Shown: positions 17,056-27,125, numbered from the stretch's first letter. The stretch is DNA of 64,000 nucleotides from Microgenomates group bacterium GW2011_GWF2_46_18 (GCA_001002415.1 LCMB01000003.1:12489-76488); one strand, 5' to 3'. Numbers and translations are program-made. Notes: a model not told the origin generated them from the sequence alone.

Positions 17056-18666
17056 ATGTCCCACAGCCAGCCAGAAATTCCCCCCATCGAAGGTCTCCTT
17101 CAAGCAGAAAGACCCGACCCAGACATTTTTCAAGACCAACCGCAGAACTGGACAGAACGCCTTGTCCCTGGTTTTCTGGCTGTTCTTCGAGGTATTGGGA
17201 TTGATTATCAGCCCCACATCCCCTCACTCAATTTTAAGGATTTAACTGCTGCCCACGAACATAATCCTTCTGAACTTCAGAAAATCAAAAAGAATTACCT
17301 TGGTGATCTCATCCAAGCTCGCTCTCATCGCGGAATCGGCACTCCCCTTAAAGCTATGGTTCAATATCTCCTCCAACCATCTAACGGCAACATTGAAACC
17401 CTGGGTGATCCCAACACCTGGGTTCTAGATCCTCTCGATTCTGAATCATGTTTGGCCGTAGTGAAATTACTTCTCGAAATTCAACAAAAAACCAATATCT
17501 GGATCGGTTTTGCGAAGCCCGAAGACTGGACCGATCCATGGAGTACTAAAAAAAACCAGCGTCCGCCTCTCCTTGGTCACGAACCAGATCCCATTTATGG
17601 TCGACGTAACCCCATTCGTTCTCTCCAAGATTTTCAGGATTATCTCCTAATTGCCAGAGAAATAGTAAAACAGGAGAGAATTGACCAACTCTCCCTCAAA
17701 CTCGCCCGAGCCCACAACTCTCAATTTGACAGCTTACTAACTCAAGAAAAACAACAACTTATCCAAAATCAAACCAACGAAGCCTCACGTCTCATCGAAC
17801 AAGTTTATTCCAAGACCATGAGATGGCGTGAGCTTAATGAGTTGCTTGCCAAATTAAATCAGCCCCCCTTAGAAAAATATGATCATAGTCTAATTAAAAT
17901 TTTTCCTCAAGATAACCCTGCCTACCAAAACGGGGACATCATGCTCACAGAAAGCGGAATCGAAATAGAGTTTTCAGAACATCAATTTACCCATCGTGGA
18001 ACAGAGACCAAACCACAAAAAGCCCGGCTCACCCTCATGCTTTCCCCCTCTGGGCAACTTATCATTATCGGCGATCAGCAACATCTTCCTTATCTTTATC
18101 CCATAATCCAAAGCCGCCACCTACTCGAGCTTCTAGACAAAAAAGTTCTTCCCAAATTCACCTCATCGTATTATGAAATAGAAATTATGCTCGAACTAGG
18201 TCTTCCAACTCACGACATAAATCCCTCCAATCTCGAATCTGCCATGCGAGGTGGAAAAATTGCCTTTGTTGTCGACATGATCGCCGGTAAACATCAACTT
18301 TGTCCTAACGGTCAAACAAAAACTCCATCCCCCAGTTTAACTCCATACCTCGTCCACCTAAATTCCGACACCCTTATTAATTCCTGTACGATTCTTCCCT
18401 CCTCTGTTAGAGATATGATCGAAACACACAATTATTTACCTTCCCTCTATCAACTTCTCAACAACTGCCAAGCTGATCCGTCTAAACTAACCCAACAAGA
18501 CGTTGATAACGCCAAAGCTCTCCTTGCTTTCAAGGATCAATGGGTCAATCAGTTTCCTCTCCCGCCCTCACTCCTTTCAACTCTTAAAGAAATTATTACC
18601 TATGGCCGTCCTCTTTCCAATCCTTGGCGATCCATCGTAATTTTAGAACAGCGTCTAAAAATCTAG
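17056..18666 (+). CDS. Hypothetical protein
   Basis: 536-aa ORF; TTGCAT..TATAAT promoter upstream. Confidence 0.7.
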   Translation: MSHSQPEIPPIEGLLQAERPDPDIFQDQPQNWTERLVPGFLAVLRGIGIDYQPHIPSLNFKDLTAAHEHNPSELQKIKKNYLGDLIQARSHRGIGTPLKAMVQYLLQPSNGNIETLGDPNTWVLDPLDSESCLAVVKLLLEIQQKTNIWIGFAKPEDWTDPWSTKKNQRPPLLGHEPDPIYGRRNPIRSLQDFQDYLLIAREIVKQERIDQLSLKLARAHNSQFDSLLTQEKQQLIQNQTNEASRLIEQVYSKTMRWRELNELLAKLNQPPLEKYDHSLIKIFPQDNPAYQNGDIMLTESGIEIEFSEHQFTHRGTETKPQKARLTLMLSPSGQLIIIGDQQHLPYLYPIIQSRHLLELLDKKVLPKFTSSYYEIEIMLELGLPTHDINPSNLESAMRGGKIAFVVDMIAGKHQLCPNGQTKTPSPSLTPYLVHLNSDTLINSCTILPSSVRDMIETHNYLPSLYQLLNNCQADPSKLTQQDVDNAKALLAFKDQWVNQFPLPPSLLSTLKEIITYGRPLSNPWRSIVILEQRLKI

Positions 18667-18702
18667 ATTGCATAAATAGGTAAAACCTAATATGCTTACC
18701 CC

Positions 18703-20028
18703 ATGCCCATGACTCATCGTCCTGTTCCAGCCGAGCTAGAATTCAAGCGTACCGCTCACGAAGAACGCCATCTTTTGGAAACGGTCCAGATCCCGATCGT
18801 CACGGTCTCCGCAACTTTCAAAGAAGAACTCGAAGCTCGCTTTGGCGAAAAGCCGACAGCCGAAACTCCCGACGTCACCTTTAGCCGCGCCCACTACAGT
18901 ATGGCCAACGCTTTGGTTGTTGAAGCTACCAAACAGCGCCGCACTTTCTGGATGATTGACCCGACCAACTATGTCTCCGCCAAGGACTGGCCCAAAATTA
19001 TGTTTACCCAAAGAATGGGACGCCTCATTGCCAGAAATCCCCTGCTCAAACAACTCAAAGACCTGATGGATACTCGGCTTCGCAATCAACTCCCTCTAAC
19101 CAGTGCTATTCGCGCTCCCTTAACTTATGTCACCGGCCGCGTCACCCGCCCCATTATTTCGCTCCACTACGAAGCTGGTAACATCCTGCTTGAAAACGGC
19201 AAAACTGTGCTCCAAGTTGTCACCGACCCCCATGTTCGTCCCCAATACTTAACCCACGCTGACAATCCTCATCTTACCTGGGCAGTTTTTGACGAACTGA
19301 CCAAATCTCGCCTACTCGAACTCGCCTATATCCTGGGCCACAAAGTCGACGAACGCCGTGTCCAAGTTACCGGTTGCCCCGTCGATCCACGAATTATCCG
19401 CAAAGACAAAAATACCGCCATCAAAGGTTATCGCTACCGCCCCCTTAGACTCGCCATCACCACTGGTGGTTTGGGCACCAACAAAGACGAAATCCAGGAT
19501 CTCTTGCTTCACCTTTCTCCCGCCATCAAAAAAGGCGAAGTCCACATTGCGGCTTATTGTGGTGTCCACGAAGATTTCGAAACCATGTTCACCACTTTCG
19601 CCCGCGTCCATCGGATCAAAATTGGTGAGCTGGATGATCCCCAAGCACCTCTAAGAATCTTCCGCGGTCATGATATTGTCGCCGCTAACGAACTCTTGCT
19701 CGATTACATCTTTCCTTGGGCAGATGGCTTGATCACCAAGCCTAGTGGCGATATGGCCTACGAAGCCGTTGCCGCCGGTTGTTTTCTGTTAACTCTCAAG
19801 CCCTGGGGAGAGTGGGAAGACAATATTCGCGCCGTTACCGAAGCCTGGGGAGTCAGTATTCGTGCCGATATTAGCAACATTCTGTCTCAACTCAAGGCCA
19901 TCGTCACCGTCCCCATTCGTAAAAGTCAGCCGTGGGTGGAAGTAGCGCTTACTCGCGCCCAAAAACTTGCTCCCGATATCTCCCGCGGAGCCAGCAACAT
20001 TCTCAAACTTTATCGAAAACTCACCTAA
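18703..20028 (+). CDS. GT-B glycosyltransferase (MGDG synthase/MurG-like)
   Basis: VVTD, TGCPVDP, TTGGLG, ADGLITKPSG..YEA. Confidence 0.65.
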   Translation: MPMTHRPVPAELEFKRTAHEERHLLETVQIPIVTVSATFKEELEARFGEKPTAETPDVTFSRAHYSMANALVVEATKQRRTFWMIDPTNYVSAKDWPKIMFTQRMGRLIARNPLLKQLKDLMDTRLRNQLPLTSAIRAPLTYVTGRVTRPIISLHYEAGNILLENGKTVLQVVTDPHVRPQYLTHADNPHLTWAVFDELTKSRLLELAYILGHKVDERRVQVTGCPVDPRIIRKDKNTAIKGYRYRPLRLAITTGGLGTNKDEIQDLLLHLSPAIKKGEVHIAAYCGVHEDFETMFTTFARVHRIKIGELDDPQAPLRIFRGHDIVAANELLLDYIFPWADGLITKPSGDMAYEAVAAGCFLLTLKPWGEWEDNIRAVTEAWGVSIRADISNILSQLKAIVTVPIRKSQPWVEVALTRAQKLAPDISRGASNILKLYRKLT

Positions 20029-20029
20029 T

Positions 20030-20209
20030 TTACTTTAGCTTCTTACTCTCTTTGTGTTTAGTGTGTTTCTTGCACTTAGGACAATATTTGGACAACACCA
20101 ATTTATCTGGGGTATTTAGTTTGCTGCGGCTGGTGATGTAGTTAAACGCACTACACTCTCCACACTTGAGTCCAAACGGTTGTCTCGGTCCCTTTTTTGC
20201 TTTTGCCAT
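20030..20209 (-). CDS. rpmG: 50S ribosomal protein L33 (Zn-binding type)
   Basis: LKCGEC..FNYIT...LSKYCPKCKKHTKHKE. Confidence 0.95.
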   Translation of the reverse strand: MAKAKKGPRQPFGLKCGECSAFNYITSRSKLNTPDKLVLSKYCPKCKKHTKHKESKKLK

Positions 20210-20247
20210 GGTTGACATTTTACCACAACTTACGTACATTATAACTA

Positions 20248-20793
20248 ATGCCCGATCAACTGAATAAGCAAACGCTCATCAATCTTTTGATTGACTCACC
20301 TCTTCGTGAGCCCATTAAAATTAATCTTATCGACATTGCCAACAATACTACTGACCCCGATCTTCCCAAAATTTTCCCCACCATCGTCAAAGAACTTGAA
20401 ATTTTCCAAAAAGCCACCGACCGACGGATGAAATTGGCCGAAGAAACCATTGCTAAATTGGGTGGATCTGCTCCCATCGAATCCCCCACACCACCACAAC
20501 CTCCCGAAGTAACACCTCCTTCAGCCGCCGTAGCCTCGGCGCAGGAGGCCCCCGCTCCAGAGGGCCTCACTGTCCCTCCGCTAGACCTCCCTCCTCTTCC
20601 TCAGATCCCCAACCCTACTCCCGAACCCGCCATGCCTACTCCTCAACCTGTCGGCGGTACTCCCAGCACCCCCAACACACCCAATTCTGACGAATCCGCG
20701 TTGGCCGAAATCCAAAAAGAGCTTGATAGTCTCAAGTCAGGTGTAACCACCGACGCCAATCCAACCCCTGCACCGACTCCTACCCAAACATAG
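20248..20793 (+). CDS. Hypothetical Pro-rich protein
   Basis: 181 aa with a low-complexity C-terminal half. Confidence 0.7.
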   Translation: MPDQLNKQTLINLLIDSPLREPIKINLIDIANNTTDPDLPKIFPTIVKELEIFQKATDRRMKLAEETIAKLGGSAPIESPTPPQPPEVTPPSAAVASAQEAPAPEGLTVPPLDLPPLPQIPNPTPEPAMPTPQPVGGTPSTPNTPNSDESALAEIQKELDSLKSGVTTDANPTPAPTPTQT

Positions 20794-20819
20794 TTTTTCC
20801 AGGTAAAATATTCTGAGTT

Positions 20820-20881
20820 GCTGCACATCAAGTTGCGTAGCAACTTGAGAAATGCGTTCAGGCGCGATAGCAGCCTGAGAC
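20820..20881 (+). repeat. 62-nt structured tRNA leader, copy 1
   Basis: 60/62 identical to 22721-22782; two hairpins; abuts tRNA-Thr. Confidence 0.85.
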
Positions 20882-20954
20882 GCCACCTTAGCTCATCCGG
20901 TAGAGCAACGGTTTTGTAAACCGTAGGTGCTGGGTTCGAGTCCCAGAGGTGGCT
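20882..20954 (+). tRNA. tRNA-Thr(TGT)
   Basis: GCCACCT/AGGTGGC, ACGGT-ttTGTaa-ACCGT, GGTTCGAGTCC. Confidence 0.95.
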
Positions 20955-22498
20955 CACTTGTTCAAGTTTCGCCAATACTCCAAAATCTCCCTGGCAATTG
21001 GGGCCGCCGTCGCACTTCCCTCTCCCCCTGCCTCTACCAACACCGTCAATACCATCTCCGGATTCTCCCCAGGGTAAGCTACCGTAATCCACGCGTGGGG
21101 TAAATCACTCTCGGATTTTTGCCCCGCATGTTGAGCCGTCCCCGTCTTACACAATACATAAGGGGCAAAATCAAACAACGGGAACGCCGTTCCGGTTGGG
21201 GCACACACCTGTCGCATTCCCTCCCTGACTGACTCGATCTGATCGGTAGCTATTCCCAAATCCCGGCACTCCGTCACCCCCTCTTTGAGCAAGCTTACCC
21301 TGCATACTCTTCCTGAAACGGCCGCTGCCGTCATTCTGGCTGCCTGCAGGGGTGTCACCAACAGATCTCCCTGCCCAATCGCCAAATGATAAGTATTACC
21401 CAAAAACCATTTTTCCCCGGTTGATCGTTCCTTTTGTAGTCGACTCGGCACCAATCCCGCAATTTCACCCGTTAGTTGGATCCCGGTCTCTTCCCCCAAA
21501 CCAAATTTATGTGCCCAATCCGTCAGTTCATCCACCCCCACCATCTCTCCCACTTTGTAAAAATAGACATCATTCGACCGAGCCAGCGCTCTTTCCAAAT
21601 CCAACTCTCCTTCTTTCCTCCCATACTGATCAAAATACCAGTTCCCATATCGGTAGTCATTGATCCTAATCTCTCCCGTATCCTCAATCTTGGTTTCTGG
21701 GGTAATCTTCCCCGTTGCGAGGCCCGCATAGGCCGTAACTAACTTAAAAATACTTCCTGGCGGGTACTGAGCCGATACTGCTCGATTCAAAAAGTACTCT
21801 TTACTCGTATCTGAAAGATATTTTTCTAGACTCTTTGGGTCATATGTTGGCAAACTCACCAATCCCAACACTTTTCCTCGCATATCGATGGCCACCGCCG
21901 CCCCAGTTTTACCCTTCATCGCTTGGTACATCTTCTCCTGCAGTCCTACCTCAATACTCAACGTCACATCTTGCCCTCGATCTGGTTCATTACTCCCGAG
22001 TTCTCTGACTATTTTTCCTCCCGCATCCACTTCGGATAACACTCCTCCATCTTTACCCTTGAGCACCGTCTCCATCTCTCGTTCTACCCCCACCCGCCCG
22101 ATATAGCTTCCCAAGGGATAACAAATGCCCAATCTGCACCCCAGCTCGCTCTCGGTAACCTCACTCATATAGCCCACAACCATTGCCACTGCCGACCCAT
22201 AAGGGTACTTTCGCTGGTAACGCCCAAATTCCTCGTTCCATTCATTGGTGACCAATGGTACCCCCCGGCGATCCTTAATTATTCCTCGCTCTGCCTCCTC
22301 CCGCACCAACTCAATATGATTAGCCTGCGACAACAATCCCTGCTGTCCGCTCTCCCAAATCTGTAAGTAGGCTGCCCTTGCAACAATAATCGCTACCCAG
22401 ACAATCGCTGCCACCCAAACTAGCCTCACCCTCAGCCTCGTCTCCCAGCTGGATCGATCAGTTTGTGTCGCCTCATACCCCCATACCGTCTTGCCCAT
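20954..22498 (-). CDS. mrdA: Penicillin-binding protein 2 (class B transpeptidase)
   Basis: RGIIKDR, PGSIFK (SxxK), SND (SxN-like), KTGTAQ. Confidence 0.88.
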   Translation of the reverse strand: MGKTVWGYEATQTDRSSWETRLRVRLVWVAAIVWVAIIVARAAYLQIWESGQQGLLSQANHIELVREEAERGIIKDRRGVPLVTNEWNEEFGRYQRKYPYGSAVAMVVGYMSEVTESELGCRLGICYPLGSYIGRVGVEREMETVLKGKDGGVLSEVDAGGKIVRELGSNEPDRGQDVTLSIEVGLQEKMYQAMKGKTGAAVAIDMRGKVLGLVSLPTYDPKSLEKYLSDTSKEYFLNRAVSAQYPPGSIFKLVTAYAGLATGKITPETKIEDTGEIRINDYRYGNWYFDQYGRKEGELDLERALARSNDVYFYKVGEMVGVDELTDWAHKFGLGEETGIQLTGEIAGLVPSRLQKERSTGEKWFLGNTYHLAIGQGDLLVTPLQAARMTAAAVSGRVCRVSLLKEGVTECRDLGIATDQIESVREGMRQVCAPTGTAFPLFDFAPYVLCKTGTAQHAGQKSESDLPHAWITVAYPGENPEMVLTVLVEAGGEGSATAAPIAREILEYWRNLNK

Positions 22499-22685
22499 TC
22501 GTTAATTATATGCTAGTCTGATTTTGCCCTGCGGAAAGGGGATAGCGAGGAATTTTTTCCTCCACAAAAGAACGCTTTTATGGGAGGGCAAGTATCAGAT
22601 ACCCTGTGGGGATTTGATCTTCCCACCCACCTGGAATTTTCCGGGGAAAGCTTCTTCGCAAGACCCCCGTCTGCGGGGCATTTGA

Positions 22686-22714
22686 TTGCAAATAGACTCA
22701 TTCTCAGAGATAAT
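22686..22714 (+). promoter_or_regulatory. sigma70-type promoter for the tRNA-Tyr/Thr transcript
   Basis: TTGCAA-17 bp-GATAAT; predicted +1 near 22721. Confidence 0.55.
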
Positions 22715-22720
22715 ACATAC

Positions 22721-22782
22721 GCTGCACATCAAGTTGCGTAGCAACATGAGAAATGCGTTCAGGCGCGATAGCTGCCTGAGAC
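22721..22782 (+). repeat. 62-nt structured tRNA leader, copy 2
   Basis: Abuts the tRNA-Tyr 5' end. Confidence 0.85.
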
Positions 22783-22865
22783 GCTGGGGTACTCAAGCGG
22801 TCAACGAGGGCAGACTGTAAATCTGCTGCCTTACGGCTACATAGGTTCGAGTCCTATCCCCAGCA
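22783..22865 (+). tRNA. tRNA-Tyr(GTA)
   Basis: GCTGGGG/CCCCAGC, GCAGA-ctGTAaa-TCTGC, long variable arm. Confidence 0.95.
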
Positions 22866-22869
22866 CCTA

Positions 22870-22945
22870 GCCGACGTAGCTCAGTTGGTAGAGCGCGTTC
22901 TTGGTAAGAACGAGGTCTCGGGTTCGATCCCCGACGTTGGCTCCA
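22870..22945 (+). tRNA. tRNA-Thr(GGT)
   Basis: GCCGACG/CGTTGGC, CGTTC-ttGGTaa-GAACG, encoded CCA. Confidence 0.95.
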
Positions 22946-22946
22946 C

Positions 22947-23621
22947 ATGAATCTTGCCAACAAAACTATTCTCCTAACCGGCGCGACCGGCGGTATTGGT
23001 TCTCTCCTTACCTCCAAGCTTACCGCTGCCAAAGCCAATTTGATCACGTTGGGTCGCGATCCAAATAAACCCGCCTCCTACCACACTGATCTGGCCAATC
23101 CCACCAGTCGTCAGGAACTAATTAAGCAAATCTTGTCCGACTACCCTAGTTTAGATATTATTATTCATGCCGCGGGGATTGGTATCTACAAATCACTCGT
23201 TGACCTGACCTCTGAAGACTGGTATCAATCCTATGAATTAAACGTTTTTGCTCCCCTCTTTTTAGCCCAACAGCTTCACCCCCAACTCAATCTGGTGCTT
23301 GGCTCTTGTTCTGCTTTTCAGCACACCCCCGAGCGCTCCCTCTACAACTCCACCAAAGCCGCTCTTCGAGCTCTCACTCTCTGTTTAGCCCAAGAACAAC
23401 CCGGTCACTTCGTTCACCTCGCTCTCGACTCTACCTTGACTGCCTTTGGTCCTTTGACTTTAGCCCAAAAACAAGCCAAACAAAAAGACGGGAAAATTTA
23501 TCTTGATCCGTCTTGGGTCTCCGACCAGATTATCTCGATCCTCCAAAATGACTCTCGCGACACGGAATACGTTCTCTCTCCCGATTGCTACCCTGAATGT
23601 GGGACTTGGCACAAACCCTAA
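22947..23621 (+). CDS. Short-chain dehydrogenase/reductase
   Basis: TGATGGIG, HAAG, YNSTK. Confidence 0.88.
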   Translation: MNLANKTILLTGATGGIGSLLTSKLTAAKANLITLGRDPNKPASYHTDLANPTSRQELIKQILSDYPSLDIIIHAAGIGIYKSLVDLTSEDWYQSYELNVFAPLFLAQQLHPQLNLVLGSCSAFQHTPERSLYNSTKAALRALTLCLAQEQPGHFVHLALDSTLTAFGPLTLAQKQAKQKDGKIYLDPSWVSDQIISILQNDSRDTEYVLSPDCYPECGTWHKP

Positions 23622-23642
23622 CTCGTTCTAAACTGATACTGT

Positions 23643-23924
23643 ATGTCTCCACGATACGCAACAGTTCGCGATCACAACCACGCTATCAGGCTGGTAATAA
23701 AAGACCCTCTGTCTGCCGATCGTACCATTCTCGCCAACGAACGCACTTTCCTAGCCTACATTAGAACTGCAGTCACCCTCTTAGTCGCCGGACTTTCTTT
23801 GATTTCTTTTTTCCCCAGCAACCTCGTGAAATTTATCGGCATTATCTCTCTTGTTCCCACCATTATTATCTTTAGTGTGGGTGCCCGACGCTACTACTAT
23901 CTCAAACACTCGCTCAATAGTTAA
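23643..23924 (+). CDS. DUF202 (YidH-like) membrane protein
   Basis: RTILANERTFLAYIRT. Confidence 0.85.
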   Translation: MSPRYATVRDHNHAIRLVIKDPLSADRTILANERTFLAYIRTAVTLLVAGLSLISFFPSNLVKFIGIISLVPTIIIFSVGARRYYYLKHSLNS

Positions 23925-24817
23925 AGATTCAAGCTCTGCAAAAACTGTTTAAATGCTCCGTTCATATCTGGATCCTTGAGCGCAAATTCTATCTGAGTCT
24001 TCATGTACTCCAATTTGTTGCCCGTATCATAGTACTTGCCGTTTTTGATCTCGGTAGCAAGCACATGCTTCCCATCAGCCAACATTAGTTTGAGCGCATC
24101 ATTGTAATAGAATTCTGCACCTGGCTTTAGATTGGTAAGTACGGTATCTAAATAATCAAAAATATCTGGTGTCAATAAATATCCACTCACAGTGGCCAAA
24201 TTACTTGGAGCATTGGCTTTCCCCGGCTTCTCAATAATGGTAGTACAATCAATTACCCCTGGTTCAAGTTCCGTCCCACCCGCGAATCCATAACGATCAT
24301 AATCCGCGTCGCTCTTGGCTCTCACACCCGCCATACAGCTATAGCCATACTTCTCATATGCCGAAAGCAGTTGTTTAAACCTTGACGGTTCCGCCGCGAT
24401 AAAATCATCACTCCAGGTATAAATAAATGGTTCATCCCCAATTAGGTGCCGCACGTTCATAAGCGGTGTTCCATTCCCATATGGACCCTTTTGCCTGACG
24501 TAAGCAAAATTAGCCAGGTTCGAAATTTTCATCACCGAATCGAGGAGGGGTTTCTTCTTCTCACCCCCCATTTTCAAGTTTTCGATCAAGTCAGTCGAGG
24601 GGCTGTCAAAATGATCTTCGATCGTCCGTTTATGGTACCCGGTAACAATAATAATGTCGGTAATCCCAGCATCCACCAGTTCCTCGACAATATATTGGAT
24701 CACCGGTTTGTCGACAATTGGCAACATTTCTTTGGGCATTGCCTTAGTCTGCGGCAAAAATCGCGTCCCAAATCCTGCCGCGGGAATAACTGCTTTGGTT
24801 ACTTTTTGCTTTGTCAT
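23921..24817 (-). CDS. galU: UTP--glucose-1-phosphate uridylyltransferase
   Basis: KAVIPAAGFGTRFLP.TKAMPKEMLPIVDKP, IEKP, YDTG. Confidence 0.93.
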   Translation of the reverse strand: MTKQKVTKAVIPAAGFGTRFLPQTKAMPKEMLPIVDKPVIQYIVEELVDAGITDIIIVTGYHKRTIEDHFDSPSTDLIENLKMGGEKKKPLLDSVMKISNLANFAYVRQKGPYGNGTPLMNVRHLIGDEPFIYTWSDDFIAAEPSRFKQLLSAYEKYGYSCMAGVRAKSDADYDRYGFAGGTELEPGVIDCTTIIEKPGKANAPSNLATVSGYLLTPDIFDYLDTVLTNLKPGAEFYYNDALKLMLADGKHVLATEIKNGKYYDTGNKLEYMKTQIEFALKDPDMNGAFKQFLQSLNL

Positions 24818-25371
24818 AGTGTCATTAACTCCTTTTCTTTTTCTTTGCCTAATTCCTCAAGTTCTAGCATAAACTTATCAATCTGCTTCTGCATCGTTTC
24901 TAGCCAGCTTTTAATACTATCTTCCGATATTCCACTCTCTCCCTCTTGTGCTTCAATTTCTTCTTTTATCTCTCCTCGGATCGTTCTCCCGATCACTTTA
25001 CCCCCCTCGACCTTTTGGTGAACGAGTTTTACCAACTCTTCTCGTCTCTCCTGTGACAAAGCCGGAATCGCAATCTTGACCGTCTCTCCGTCCACCATCG
25101 CATTCAAATTCAATCCAGCCTTATTAATTCCCGCCGCAACCGCCGAAATCAAACCCCGATCCCAGGGTGAAACCACAATTAGCGAAGTGTCGGGAGCCGA
25201 AATACTGGCTAGTTCCTGCAAATTCATGATCGTCCCGTAGGCTTCGACTTTGACTTCTTCCACAATTGATGGTTTTGCTCTCCCCGTCCGAACCGTTCCC
25301 AAGTCCTTTTTTACCACCTCCACTGCTTGCGCCAATCTCGACTGCAACTTGGCTAATATTGCCTCACTCAT
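24814..25371 (-). CDS. frr: Ribosome recycling factor
   Basis: VRTGRA.P, PALSQERREELVK, KEKELMTL. Confidence 0.93.
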   Translation of the reverse strand: MSEAILAKLQSRLAQAVEVVKKDLGTVRTGRAKPSIVEEVKVEAYGTIMNLQELASISAPDTSLIVVSPWDRGLISAVAAGINKAGLNLNAMVDGETVKIAIPALSQERREELVKLVHQKVEGGKVIGRTIRGEIKEEIEAQEGESGISEDSIKSWLETMQKQIDKFMLELEELGKEKEKELMTL

Positions 25372-25411
25372 AAGTGGTAGTCTACCATAAATATCTGTTA
25401 CAATAACAGTC

Positions 25412-25591
25412 ATGAATCTTTTGACCTACCTCCGCGAAGTTCGCGCCGAACTCGTACACGTCAACTGGCCCACTCGCGCCGAAGTTTATCATCTCACTGT
25501 TATAGTTCTTGGTGCCTCTCTTTTTGTTGGCCTCTATATCGGTGGACTGGACTATACTTTCACCAGCCTCCTTGGCATCTTCCTCAAATAA
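25412..25591 (+). CDS. secE: Preprotein translocase subunit SecE (59 aa, below the ORF-track cutoff)
   Basis: YLREVRAELVHVNWPTRAE plus TM helix ..GGLD; upstream of nusG. Confidence 0.92.
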   Translation: MNLLTYLREVRAELVHVNWPTRAEVYHLTVIVLGASLFVGLYIGGLDYTFTSLLGIFLK

Positions 25592-25915
25592 TCAAGGACG
25601 TTTTCCATCCTGACAGTCTTGCTTACAATACGTCCGCAATGCCCAATTATCCAGCCTTTCTCTCCAAGAACTAGCTCGAGGAATTTTGACACTATCACAG
25701 AACTCCCTACATTTATTTAGGCTCATTGATGTCCCACTACCGCTAACCGGAGAAGGTTTAGGTGTTGCCACCGTACCACCACCCCCCTCACCCCCCGTTA
25801 TCATATATATTCTGGGGGCATAATTATTTTTCATGGTCAACCATCCCACCCAAATAAGTAACCCCACAATCACTCCCCATAATAACTTCTCTCTCCGTAC
25901 AACTTGTTTCTTCAT
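25592..25915 (-). CDS. Hypothetical membrane-anchored Cys-containing protein
   Basis: N-terminal TM, Gly/Ser linker, two CxxxC. Confidence 0.6.
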   Translation of the reverse strand: MKKQVVRREKLLWGVIVGLLIWVGWLTMKNNYAPRIYMITGGEGGGGTVATPKPSPVSGSGTSMSLNKCREFCDSVKIPRASSWRERLDNWALRTYCKQDCQDGKRP

Positions 25916-26031
25916 AAAGGATCTTCCCTTCGCCTAGAATTAATAATAATTGCTTCTACTGACATGGTAGCGTATTTATGCTATACTTGACAAGTTCCCC
26001 CAAGTTAAATGATCATTATTAAATAGGAGAA

Positions 26032-26685
26032 TTGAACATGTCAGACGACACTCAAATCCAAGATCAAGTCGAAGAAGCCAAGACGGGCGATATCCTCTCC
26101 GAAGTTAAAGAGCCCAATCCCTACCACGTTATCTACGAAGAAAATGAGCTCTTAGAGGCCAAAGCCAAATGGTACGTTGTCCATACCTACAGTGGTCACG
26201 AACTCAAAGTTGCCGAACAACTCAAAATTCGTATTGCCAGCATGGCCGTCGTGGGCAAAATCTTTCAAGTGGTCATCCCCGCCCAAGACAAAATTCAAGT
26301 TAAAAAAGGTCAGAAAAAAACTATCAAGGAAAAAATTCTTCCCGGCTACATCCTGATCAAAATGATTGTCGATGATAATAGTTGGCTCGCCGTCCGCACC
26401 ACCCCTGGTGTCACTGCTTTTATCGGCAGTGTTGGCAAACGCCCCACCCCTATTCCCGCTCATGAGGTCGAAACCATCATGAAGTTTATGGAAGTCAAAG
26501 CTCCCAAATTCAAGAGTACCTTCAGTCCCGGCGAAGCCGTCAAGATCGTCGAGGGTCCTTTCGCCGATTTCCTAGGTACTGTCGATCACATCGACGAAAC
26601 CAAGGGCAAGCTGACCGTTTTGGTCTCCATCTTTGGTCGCGAAACTCCGGTCGAGCTAGACTTCACCCAGGTATCTAAGATATAA
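26032..26685 (+). CDS. nusG: Transcription termination/antitermination factor NusG
   Basis: [40 protein letters not shown]. Confidence 0.97.
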   Translation: MNMSDDTQIQDQVEEAKTGDILSEVKEPNPYHVIYEENELLEAKAKWYVVHTYSGHELKVAEQLKIRIASMAVVGKIFQVVIPAQDKIQVKKGQKKTIKEKILPGYILIKMIVDDNSWLAVRTTPGVTAFIGSVGKRPTPIPAHEVETIMKFMEVKAPKFKSTFSPGEAVKIVEGPFADFLGTVDHIDETKGKLTVLVSIFGRETPVELDFTQVSKI

Positions 26686-26696
26686 TCCGAGGTCTC

Positions 26697-27125
26697 ATGG
26701 CAAAAAAGAAAATTAAAACCGTCATCAAAGTCTTCCCCATGGGTGGGGCCGCCACCCCGGCGCCTCCCATTGGCCCAGCTCTGGGTCAACATGGTGTTAA
26801 CATCATGGAGTTTGTCAATCAATACAACAAACAAACTCAAGACAAAAAGGGTCAAAAAGTTCCCGCCGAAATTACCATCTACGAAGACCGTACCTTTACT
26901 TTTGTTCTCAAACTCCCCCCCGTCTCCGAGATGATCAAACAAGAGCTCAAACTCAAATTAGGGAGCGGCGAGCCCAACAAAACCAAGGTGGGCAAATTAA
27001 CTCGCGCCCAACTCGAGAAAATTGCTACCGAAAAGATGCCTGACCTCTCAGCCAGTACTCTCGAAGCTGCCATGAAAACTGTCGCCGGTACTGCTCGCAG
27101 TATGGGTGTCGAAGTCGAGAATTAA
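26697..27125 (+). CDS. rplK: 50S ribosomal protein L11
   Basis: [28 protein letters not shown]. Confidence 0.97.
   Translation: MAKKKIKTVIKVFPMGGAATPAPPIGPALGQHGVNIMEFVNQYNKQTQDKKGQKVPAEITIYEDRTFTFVLKLPPVSEMIKQELKLKLGSGEPNKTKVGKLTRAQLEKIATEKMPDLSASTLEAAMKTVAGTARSMGVEVEN

Noticed and set aside
20820-20881. Hammerhead ribozyme or T-box in the tRNA leader
   Set aside because: No CUGANGA core or T-box motif; kept only as an unknown structured repeat
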